A DNA stretch of 64,000 nucleotides from Amoebophrya sp. A120. Taxonomy: Eukaryota; Protista; Dinoflagellata. Positions 47,001 through 55,321 of the stretch are shown in pieces. The stretch's first letter is position 1. Every line of letters begins with the position of its first letter. The position numbers were made by a program, and so were the translations under genes. The notes under the pieces are model-generated. The model made no database searches and was not told where the DNA came from. It saw nothing but the letters and a program-made list of their open reading frames with translations. The stretch covers positions 820,009 to 884,008 of the forward strand of contig CAJINV010000010.1 in the NCBI GenBank assembly GCA_905178155.1. Reading direction: 5' to 3'.

Positions 47001-49375
47001 ATCAACTACGCAACAAGCGGATTTGAAGATTTTCCCTCATTCCACCGTGCTTGCGTTTTCGCACGACAAAGAGCTGTTTTTACCTCGCGAAGGTAATGGC
47101 ACGGGGTCACCGGCGTCGCATATCGAAAGGAAAAATCCCTCCTCCCCATATCAAAACGAAGTTTGTGATGCTGGATCTGCGTACTTGCTGGAGAGGACTG
47201 CAAGCCTACAGCAAGCCTGAGTAGGGAGGTTTTGGCCTAGGCGCTTAGCATGGAAAACGTCTGTGCTGTAGGTCCAACAGCAGCATCGTTACAAACCGCC
47301 CGCATAATGCGGCGAAGCCTGTGCTGGGCAACCTTAGTGCAAGACAGACGCGATTTCTCTGGCCACAAATCAGCAAAGCGCAAAGCTCCTTCGGGGACGT
47401 ACCTTGTCAATATGGGCGGAGGGGGGTTGTTTCCTCGCGATATCGCACGACAGTAGTGGTTATGAACTGCAAAAGTATCGTACTCGTATAAAGGCATTAC
47501 AAATCTCCTCAGCATGAGAGAGAAAATTTGTAATGCGGATGTACCTTAAGCAAAGGATTTGTAATGCAAGATGACTTGCATTTATACGAGTGCGATACTT
47601 TTGCACATGATAGCGGTCTGACCTCGTACTTATCCGAGGAGGATATCAGGGATGTGCTGGATTTATCAAGTGCAAAAATGTCTGGGTCTGGAAGGTTCTG
47701 AGACTTGTCATGCAAATTTCGCATGAGCCATGATGTCTGTGATGCATGCCCTAGCATCAGAGTTTTTTTGAGGGCTTCTTGATGCCTATTCCGCATGACA
47801 AATGCCCTCTTCCCGTAGCAAAAATCGCACTCCCTTCGCTGGTCATGGCAATGATCATTGGGAGCAGCAGAGCGCAGCAGGACCCCGATGCATTTCCCCT
47901 GTTTTAGCTTAGAAATACGCAGTGCGCCGAGTATGCCACTACCTCGACCCCTCAAGAAAAGAAGTAGCCCCCCCAACTACAAACTCGCCGTCCGCGATCA
48001 GGATGCGATGCGTACTAACCAACATTGTGCGAACCGAGATCCCGCGGGGCACAGGGTCTGGGCGGCTCGAAGCAGAACGCGCAGCACAAGCGGGAGACAA
48101 CACATCCAAAGGTGGGGATGGTCTCAGGTCGTTCTTTCAGGTTCGCCAGGGGTTGCGTCTCGCTATCAGGGTTTCGCCAACTCCGCGGGGGCGTTGCGGG
48201 TATCTCCCTAAAACACCAAAACCGGCACAAATTGGGCCGGCAGTCCGGGTAATTGCTCACCAGCCGGCTTGTATGGCGAATAAGGTGCTCGACGAAGGAA
48301 GAAGTAAGCATGTAATTAGCACCTCCGGTTGGTAGAGCGATCGGCTACCGAGGCATGTCAGGGGGCGTCGCTACTTCAATTCAATTCCAAAGACAGCACT
48401 ACAAGTTCCAACCTTCCAGACCCAGACACTTTTGCATTTGATAGGACTCGATCGTTGAAGAGACCTCCGAAACGTCGCATGTACAACATGTGCGATTATC
48501 AAATGCAAAAATGTCTGGGTCTGGAAGGATCCGAACTTGTCTTGCAGATTTTACATGGCCCGTGACGTCTGTGATGTATTCCCTGGCATCACAGATTTTC
48601 CGAGTGCTGCTCGATGCCTATTTCGCATGACAAATGGCGTCCCCGCGTAGCAGCAACTGGACTCCTCTTGCTGGTCATGCAATACAGATTTTTCTAGAGT
48701 CCAAAGTTAGCATCACAAGTTCCAACTTTCCAGACCCAGACATTTTTACATTTGATAGCGATCTGCTGTGAACAATGATCTTCACACGACGAGCAAAGAC
48801 CATATGAATTGCAAATATCCCTGGATGTCTGGAAGAGTGCAACTTGTGATGCGGCATTTGAATGCTAGAAAATAATCTGTATTGCATGAGCAGCAAGAGA
48901 AGTCAAATTTGGCTACGCGAAGAGGGCATCTGTCATGCGGGATGCGCATCGATGATCCCTCAAAAAACCTGTGATGCTAGGGCATGCATCACAGACATCG
49001 TGGGTCATGCAAAATGTGCATGACAAAACAAGCGCACTCTTCCAGACCCAGACATGTTTGCAGTGCAAAGAGCACACAAGTGCTCCGGCGAGAACTGTCC
49101 GCGATGTGTGGCAGATTTGCCTGTCGATCGCGAAGCACGGCGTTTCTTTTGATTCTACTGCCGCTGACGCTCTCCACGACGAACGAATTTGTCGGGTGAA
49201 TTTGCGCGTTTTCTGCCTCGCAAAACTCGCGAAACATTTTCCCTGGATCTGGAGTGACTTGCCCTGGAAAAAGTCGTTTCGGCTGAAGTGGTGTCAGGTT
49301 CTGTTGCAGGCGAGCGCAGAAGACGAGAACAGTGTTGTTGGAACCGGAGCGAGTCAAATGGTAGTGATGAACTAG
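23095..49375 (+). CDS. Very large hypothetical protein (~2,400 aa, 34 exons); the N-terminal part has beta-propeller-like segments
   Basis: Hand-splicing 32 introner-type elements and one GT-AG intron (40306-40491) gives about 7.2 kb of continuous frame from MLDLSVCSLNP to ..QMVVMN-stop. Segments ITALALTPDCLYCIIVYLDGFVDVV and LYRVFIGSLSGNLVAIDL look like WD40 blades. Start and the 42713-45330 junction are uncertain. Confidence 0.65.
23750..24140. repeat. Three ~140-bp GC-rich tandem repeats upstream of the helicase
   Basis: Core ggcgagcgggccgg..gtggta..gggcgccgagt recurs at ~23796, ~23938 and ~24077. Confidence 0.85.
24784..26367 (+). CDS. Pif1-family SF1B DNA helicase, Helitron-type, intronless
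   Basis: LNEKQQQAY; Walker A IQGRRGTGKT; CAPSGAAA; HTIH; Walker B LCDEI; PFGGVIFVGIGDRRQQLP; ILAAT; QCPLRLAYCKTFHAVQG; FTHGTGYVVFGRV; C-terminal TNIVWPEFL typical of Helitron helicases. First ATG is at 24958, so the true start is unclear. Confidence 0.9.
   Translation: MLCGFVAFEIFPDKYFADISTTERHSFNALAAQRRLERRLKRKPLNEKQQQAYDRVSDMVGRLAAYKLQNSATHGANVEAAATSPPLIFPPQHIQGRRGTGKTHLGRCLRDMATGAGLRGVCCAPSGAAARLYGLDAHTIHALNNMAPTRTKLQPDGLAFEDIATPTAENDAYLRSLDFALCDEIHSAQAAWIFELDAALRRARSNPAPFGGVIFVGIGDRRQQLPALNTAGFYGSRSPVARADLLAHSVHAVSFLKKPVAELHQLGKLERKNANTEQSWADFVETLATESQDIDLHRFAHVNKITAAERVALSPRAQILAATHHQCRRWNKLALETHRAFNPRAKAVTYRAEGRCEYAPCGSICETVPGDDCPPIDLELVEGSRVEFCRRYGSVVKHTKGVVRYLGRDFVSLEVETEGEADTLDAEPYTSMLLVPRLPIQVVDAYGEEHRYLQCPLRLAYCKTFHAVQGVTVSGESLLGSDVDAFTHGTGYVVFGRVEDESQIKTVSLNDERPEKLTNIVWPEFLA
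26790..27030. repeat. Three ~81-bp tandem repeats downstream of the helicase
   Basis: tgaa(c/t)taagccaaa..agtgcc..ttttgcc..tttgcaatgctactgg..atttgttgcgtttttgact occurs three times. Confidence 0.9.
27395..27647. mobile_element. Introner, family A (reverse orientation of 41752-42006)
   Basis: TSD ggcca/ggcca. Confidence 0.92.
27799..27952. mobile_element. Introner, family B
   Basis: TSD gaagc/gaagc. Confidence 0.9.
28115..29878. mobile_element. Introner, family F, with nested 1.4-kb insertion
   Basis: TSD ggcga/ggcga. Confidence 0.9.
28393..29818. mobile_element. 1.4-kb insertion with a 17-bp TSD (non-LTR/retroposed type) nested in an introner
   Basis: caca(g/a)atccagcatcag duplicated at 28376-28392 and 29819-29835; short acgcctc tandem tail at the right end; no recognisable ORF. 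Confidence 0.75.
30134..30295. mobile_element. Introner, family B
   Basis: TSD acaag/acaag. Confidence 0.9.
30819..30993. mobile_element. Introner, family B
   Basis: TSD cctga/cctga; left end TAC. Confidence 0.88.
31044..31375. mobile_element. Introner, family D
   Basis: TSD ccccg/tcccg; internal duplication of the subterminal sequence. Confidence 0.88.
31461..31609. mobile_element. Introner, family B
   Basis: TSD ggctg/ggctg; right end ATT. Confidence 0.88.
31733..33964. mobile_element. Introner, family A, with nested ~2.1-kb insertion
   Basis: TSD ggaca/ggaca. Confidence 0.85.
31780..33900. mobile_element. ~2.1-kb composite insertion nested in an introner; includes a (TTCAA)n-tailed repeat at 31918-32140
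   Basis: Separates the two TIRs of introner 31733-33964. 31918-32140 is near-identical to 48174-48387. Boundaries approximate. Confidence 0.65.
34027..34341. mobile_element. Introner, family F
   Basis: TSD cgggg/cgggg; right end ATG. Confidence 0.9.
34413..34588. mobile_element. Introner, family I (TATC-N2-ANAGAAA..GGCAGG)
   Basis: TSD gagga/gagga. Confidence 0.88.
34613..34895. mobile_element. Introner, family H (diverged)
   Basis: TSD gacat/gacgt. Confidence 0.8.
35816..36061. mobile_element. Introner, family H
   Basis: TSD gacgt/gacgt. Confidence 0.9.
36263..37069. mobile_element. Introner, family B, with nested MITE
   Basis: TSD aagcg/aagcg. Confidence 0.88.
36302..36963. mobile_element. 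MITE-like element (CTAGTG..CACTAG ends) nested in an introner
   Basis: Imperfect inverted ends ctagtgaacctgtacaaacggg.. / ..ccccactgatacactag; splits family-B introner 36263-37069. Confidence 0.6.
37315..37636. mobile_element. Introner, family F
   Basis: TSD actcg/actcg. Confidence 0.9.
37715..37967. mobile_element. Introner, family A
   Basis: TSD tggta/cggta. Confidence 0.9.
38933..39103. mobile_element. Introner, family I
   Basis: TSD ggccg/ggccg. Confidence 0.9.
39162..39413. mobile_element. Introner, family A
   Basis: TSD aggga/aggga. Confidence 0.92.
39513..39847. mobile_element. Introner, family F
   Basis: TSD cctct/cctct; right end ATG. Confidence 0.88.
39909..40111. mobile_element. 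Introner, family J (TATC-N-CAGGAAAAAAGTGTTACAGTTACAC)
   Basis: TSD atgtg/atgtg. Confidence 0.9.
40786..40987. mobile_element. Introner, family K (TATGGAGAGAAAAAAGTT)
   Basis: TSD agtat/agtat. Confidence 0.85.
41106..41371. mobile_element. Introner, family A
   Basis: TSD gagga/gagga. Confidence 0.92.
41415..41681. mobile_element. Introner, family A (diverged)
   Basis: TSD gctcg/gctcg. Confidence 0.85.
41752..42006. mobile_element. Introner, family A
   Basis: TSD tcccg/tccgg. Confidence 0.9.
42713..45330. mobile_element. 2.6-kb foldback element acting as an intron (long introner)
   Basis: ~44-bp TIR (c/t)(g/a)tgagag(c/t)aaataggtgca..accatcgtgattggcattttt; (CCACCGCCAC)n left versus (GTGGCGGTGG)n right; coding frame resumes after it. 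TSD not clear. Confidence 0.7.
45447..45766. mobile_element. Introner, family D (diverged)
   Basis: TSD ggagg/cgagg. Confidence 0.82.
45804..46159. mobile_element. Introner, family F
   Basis: TSD agttc/agttc; right end ATG. Confidence 0.88.
47121..47442. mobile_element. Introner, family F
   Basis: TSD tcgca/tcgca. Confidence 0.9.
47461..47612. mobile_element. Introner, family B
   Basis: TSD gtggt/gcggt. Confidence 0.9.
47664..48443. mobile_element. Introner, family A, with nested retro-fragment
   Basis: TSD ggatt/ggact. Confidence 0.88.
47850..48387 (+). mobile_element. (TTCAA)n-tailed SINE/LINE-like 3' fragment nested in an introner
   Basis: Shares ~220 bp and the tail with 31918-32140; lies inside introner 47664-48443. 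Confidence 0.65.
48497..48757. mobile_element. Introner, family A
   Basis: TSD gcgat/gcgat. Confidence 0.92.
48803..49069. mobile_element. Introner, family A
   Basis: TSD gacca/gagca; right end AAA. Confidence 0.85.
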
Positions 49376-52300
49376 TGACGCGTGGTGCGAGGTGGACGAT
49401 GATGAATTTGATTGAGCATTCTTTACTGGTGTTGAAAAAATATTTGGCCGCAAGTAGAGGAAAATTTTGAGCTGGTGGTCGGTCCACCCCCACCCCGCAG
49501 AACCTGAAGAAGCTTTATTTAGGAAAAAACTGTGAATACTAATACAATTACAAAACAGCATTTTATCTACCGTTACGATTTTTTTTAGCAAAACCAAAAA
49601 GACGTGGTCGTCTGCAGCAAAGTGAAGAAATTTGATAAAAGTCAAGACACGATACTGGATAAAGAATTTGTCGTGAAGAAGAAACAAGTTTGATGAAAAC
49701 TATTAACCCGAAGAATTTTGCTAGATACGGAAATTATTATGAATGGTAACTCATGGACTGAGGTTTTTGCTTGTCGCATTCGGCTGCCGAAGGGCTGGGT
49801 CGCTGGCGTGATATAAAAGTCGTCTTTTGTTCTACTGATCGTCAAGAGGAGCCACAGGCTGTTAGTTTTGGCAACTTTATTTTAAACGTCGTTTTACCTT
49901 CTGGACGAGAGACGGAGTGAGATTTTGACAAGCGGATGAAATCTACGTGTACCCCTTCATCAGCGGGGTTGCAAGTTTTTTTTCTGCTCGACGGCAAACT
50001 CCGCGAACATACAACATCAAAACTAGGGAGGAGGCCAAATAAGCAGAGCACCACCGTGATTCACCTAATTTCCTAGAAGGGATTGCAGATCTGTCCAGTT
50101 AAGTATAGAGAAGGCGGAAGCGCTTCCGAAATGCGAAACACGAAAAGCGAAAAACCAAGGGAGGGCAGTAGAGAGCCAGGAGAGTAAGAAAAGAGAGAGC
50201 GGAGGCGCCTCCGAAATGCGAAACGCGAAAAACCAAAGGGGGGCCGTGGAGAGTTAATAGAGTAGGAAGAAGAGAGAGAGAGAGAGAGAGAGNGTGGGTG
50301 GCGGTGGGTGGCGGTGGGTGGCGGTGGGTGGCGGTGGGTGGCGGTGGGTGGCGGTGGGTGGTGGTGGGTGGCGGTGGATTCGTGTGCTATGTGTATGTCT
50401 ATATCATATAGATATATATACATGTACATGTAAGCACAGACTTTTCTAATATGCATATCTGCATATGCGGGGGGGAGGCTCGCGCGCACGTTTTCGGCCC
50501 TCGGTTCTTTTTCTTTTTTCAAAATTGAGAAACACGCCGGAGACCCATTTCGCTGCAGTTCTTGCACAAGTAGCAAAAAAATGCCAATCACGATGGTGCT
50601 GCACCTATTTACTCTCATACCAACAACAAGAAACCACGGCGCCAACGAAGAACCCTGCTTCTCTTTCCCTGCCTCCCCTCACCTTCACGAGGGAATGGGT
50701 GGCTGAGCAATTGGAGGAGTTTCTGGAGGCGGAGGTATCTTTCGTAAAAGCGTTCTTCCCGACGCCGCAGGGTCATCAAGATGGAAACTCTGCAACACAA
50801 ATACGTTCAATCTTGGGAGTCACGCATGTCAAAGCTTTGATCTGTACGACTAGTCATCAAGTGCCGAGTACTAGCTGCTAGGAGGGCCGCATCAAAAAGA
50901 CGCGCACTTATCCTGTGTGCCGCATTTTTACAATCTTTTACAAATTCCGAAACACAAGTAGAAGTGGCTCTCTTGGGGATGCGCATTACAAGTCGATTCT
51001 TGTATATGCAAATCTGCATGACAACTCTGGTTTGGGGACGTTTTTATTCAGGATACGAGGAGCAGACGAGAGACCAGTTGTTTGAGGAGTTCTATTGTGA
51101 GGAAAAATCCCCCCTCACCATACTGAAGCGGTATGCAGCTTCTAAAAATTTGTCATGCTGATTTGTGACCACAACTCCGGTCTCTCTTGCAAGAGGGCAA
51201 ATCCAAAGAATCCGTGGTATTTTTATGCAGGGTTGTTTGTAATTATGCTGTTGCGGCTACAACTACATGGCAGGCCTCTGCTTTGCTAAGTGTCTACAGT
51301 TGTAAAACACCCCAGCGCGGCAACAAAATGAGGCTCTAGCACCTGCAGCGTCTCATTGCAAGACAGAGCGGATTTGATGTGTACACAAATCCAGCACCAG
51401 AAGTTTCCGCTTCTATTATATTGGGAGGGGGGGCTTTTCATTTTGATGAGTTCTGTATCGACGTTATCACCAAGGCAAAGCGGTCGCTGGGATTCGACCT
51501 ACCCGTCCGCGAACGGTTGCTGCGGGCGTATTTGGGAAGCAGCGGGGGAGCAACAAGTACAAGTAGTGGGCCGAACAAGGGCGGTGCTTACCTGGTTCCA
51601 CACGGAAGGAAGCCACTACTGCAACAACCAGAAACTACTGCTGGTGCAGGCGGAGTAGTTGGTCCAGTGCTGACGCTGAGCAATTCGCTCTCAACGTTTC
51701 TGCAGGCACTGATCATTGGATGTTTCATCGAAAGTCTCGAGTGCGGTTTGGAAACTGGTGCGGAAGTGGTCAGAAGTGTGGTGACGAGGTTTATTTCATC
51801 TTTTTCTGCAGCTGGTATCGGGCTGAACTGCGGTCAAGGAATGATCACATCAGAAGTAGAAGATGACGGAATTTTGAAAAACGGTTCAATTTCTCCACTC
51901 CGCGAGGACGGTAGTGGAACGAAACATCAACAAGAAGTAGAGAGAGAAACTTGCCTTGCAGGCGGAGGAACTCCGGCTCGTCGGAACAAGCACGGGACGA
52001 ACACCAACGGCGCGGCGGCCGAACCTCCGCAGGAGGTGCGCTATGACCAGGAGCAAGCTTACGCGGTGTTCTGCTTCACCCTGTACATGTTCTTGAAACG
52101 CATACAGCAGGCGACTTCGGCTAATGGAAGTGGGAGCGGCGGCGGAGATGCCAGCACGGGGAATAGTACAACCAATGATCATCGAGGAACGGACAAACAG
52201 ATCTTTCACCTCCTTGTCAAAATACAGGAAATTGTGTTAATCGGCCTTGAAGATTTATTTTCCAGCACAAACAACCTGCCCGCAGCCACATCAACTACGC

Positions 52301-55300
52301 AACAAGCGGATTTGAAGATTTTCCCTCATTCCACCGTGCTTGCGTTTTCGCACGACAAAGAGCTGTTTTTACCTCGCGAAGGTAATGGCACGGGGTCACC
52401 GGCGTCGCATATCGAAAGGAAAAATCCCTCCTCCCCATATCAAAACGAAGTTTGTGATGCTGGATCTGCGTACTTGCTGGAGAGGACTGCAAGCCTACAG
52501 CAAGCCTGAGTAGGGAGGTTTTGGCCTAGGCGCTTAGCATGGAAAACGTCTGTGCTGTAGGTCCAACAGCAGCATCGTTACAAACCGCCCGCATAATGCG
52601 GCGAAGCCTGTGCTGGGCAACCTTAGTGCAAGACAGACGCGATTTCTCTGGCCACAAATCAGCAAAGCGCAAAGCTCCTTCGGGGACGTACCTTGTCAAT
52701 ATGGGCGGAGGGGGGTTGTTTCCTCGCGATATCGCACGACAGTAGTGGTTATGAACTGCAAAAGTATCGTACTCGTATAAAGGCATTACAAATCTCCTCA
52801 GCATGAGAGAGAAAATTTGTAATGCGGATGTACCTTAAGCAAAGGATTTGTAATGCAAGATGACTTGCATTTATACGAGTGCGATACTTTTGCACATGAT
52901 AGCGGTCTGACCTCGTACTTATCCGAGGAGGATATCAGGGATGTGCTGGATTTATCAAGTGCAAAAATGTCTGGGTCTGGAAGGTTCTGAGACTTGTCAT
53001 GCAAATTTCGCATGAGCCATGATGTCTGTGATGCATGCCCTAGCATCAGAGTTTTTTTGAGGGCTTCTTGATGCCTATTCCGCATGACAAATGCCCTCTT
53101 CCCGTAGCAAAAATCGCACTCCCTTCGCTGGTCATGGCAATGATCATTGGGAGCAGCAGAGCGCAGCAGGACCCCGATGCATTTCCCCTGTTTTAGCTTA
53201 GAAATACGCAGTGCGCCGAGTATGCCACTACCTCGACCCCTCAAGAAAAGAAGTAGCCCCCCCAACTACAAACTCGCCGTCCGCGATCAGGATGCGATGC
53301 GTACTAACCAACATTGTGCGAACCGAGATCCCGCGGGGCACAGGGTCTGGGCGGCTCGAAGCAGAACGCGCAGCACAAGCGGGAGACAACACATCCAAAG
53401 GTGGGGATGGTCTCAGGTCGTTCTTTCAGGTTCGCCAGGGGTTGCGTCTCGCTATCAGGGTTTCGCCAACTCCGCGGGGGCGTTGCGGGTATCTCCCTAA
53501 AACACCAAAACCGGCACAAATTGGGCCGGCAGTCCGGGTAATTGCTCACCAGCCGGCTTGTATGGCGAATAAGGTGCTCGACGAAGGAAGAAGTAAGCAT
53601 GTAATTAGCACCTCCGGTTGGTAGAGCGATCGGCTACCGAGGCATGTCAGGGGGCGTCGCTACTTCAATTCAATTCCAAAGACAGCACTACAAGTTCCAA
53701 CCTTCCAGACCCAGACACTTTTGCATTTGATAGGACTCGATCGTTGAAGAGACCTCCGAAACGTCGCATGTACAACATGTGCGATTATCAAATGCAAAAA
53801 TGTCTGGGTCTGGAAGGATCCGAACTTGTCTTGCAGATTTTACATGGCCCGTGACGTCTGTGATGTATTCCCTGGCATCACAGATTTTCCGAGTGCTGCT
53901 CGATGCCTATTTCGCATGACAAATGGCGTCCCCGCGTAGCAGCAACTGGACTCCTCTTGCTGGTCATGCAATACAGATTTTTCTAGAGTCCAAAGTTAGC
54001 ATCACAAGTTCCAACTTTCCAGACCCAGACATTTTTACATTTGATAGCGATCTGCTGTGAACAATGATCTTCACACGACGAGCAAAGACCATATGAATTG
54101 CAAATATCCCTGGATGTCTGGAAGAGTGCAACTTGTGATGCGGCATTTGAATGCTAGAAAATAATCTGTATTGCATGAGCAGCAAGAGAAGTCAAATTTG
54201 GCTACGCGAAGAGGGCATCTGTCATGCGGGATGCGCATCGATGATCCCTCAAAAAACCTGTGATGCTAGGGCATGCATCACAGACATCGTGGGTCATGCA
54301 AAATGTGCATGACAAAACAAGCGCACTCTTCCAGACCCAGACATGTTTGCAGTGCAAAGAGCACACAAGTGCTCCGGCGAGAACTGTCCGCGATGTGTGG
54401 CAGATTTGCCTGTCGATCGCGAAGCACGGCGTTTCTTTTGATTCTACTGCCGCTGACGCTCTCCACGACGAACGAATTTGTCGGGTGAATTTGCGCGTTT
54501 TCTGCCTCGCAAAACTCGCGAAACATTTTCCCTGGATCTGGAGTGACTTGCCCTGGAAAAAGTCGTTTCGGCTGAAGTGGTGTCAGGTTCTGTTGCAGGC
54601 GAGCGCAGAAGACGAGAACAGTGTTGTTGGAACCGGAGCGAGTCAAATGGTAGTGATGAACTAGTGACGCGTGGTGCGAGGTGGACGATGATGAATTTGA
54701 TTGAGCATTCTTTACTGGTGTTGAAAAAATATTTGGCCGCAAGTAGAGGAAAATTTTGAGCTGGTGGTCGGTCCACCCCCACCCCGCAGAACCTGAAGAA
54801 GCTTTATTTAGGAAAAAACTGTGAATACTAATACAATTACAAAACAGCATTTTATCTACCGTTACGATTTTTTTTAGCAAAACCAAAAAGACGTGGTCGT
54901 CTGCAGCAAAGTGAAGAAATTTGATAAAAGTCAAGACACGATACTGGATAAAGAATTTGTCGTGAAGAAGAAACAAGTTTGATGAAAACTATTAACCCGA
55001 AGAATTTTGCTAGATACGGAAATTATTATGAATGGTAACTCATGGACTGAGGTTTTTGCTTGTCGCATTCGGCTGCCGAAGGGCTGGGTCGCTGGCGTGA
55101 TATAAAAGTCGTCTTTTGTTCTACTGATCGTCAAGAGGAGCCACAGGCTGTTAGTTTTGGCAACTTTATTTTAAACGTCGTTTTACCTTCTGGACGAGAG
55201 ACGGAGTGAGATTTTGACAAGCGGATGAAATCTACGTGTACCCCTTCATCAGCGGGGTTGCAAGTTTTTTTTCTGCTCGACGGCAAACTCCGCGAACATA

Positions 55301-55321
55301 CAACATCAAAACTAGGGAGGA

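Noticed and set aside
48989-49687. 232-aa minus-strand ORF (and similar antisense ORFs at 2438-3151 and 10577-11209)
   Set aside because: Antisense shadows of + strand exons and introners with no domain signal.
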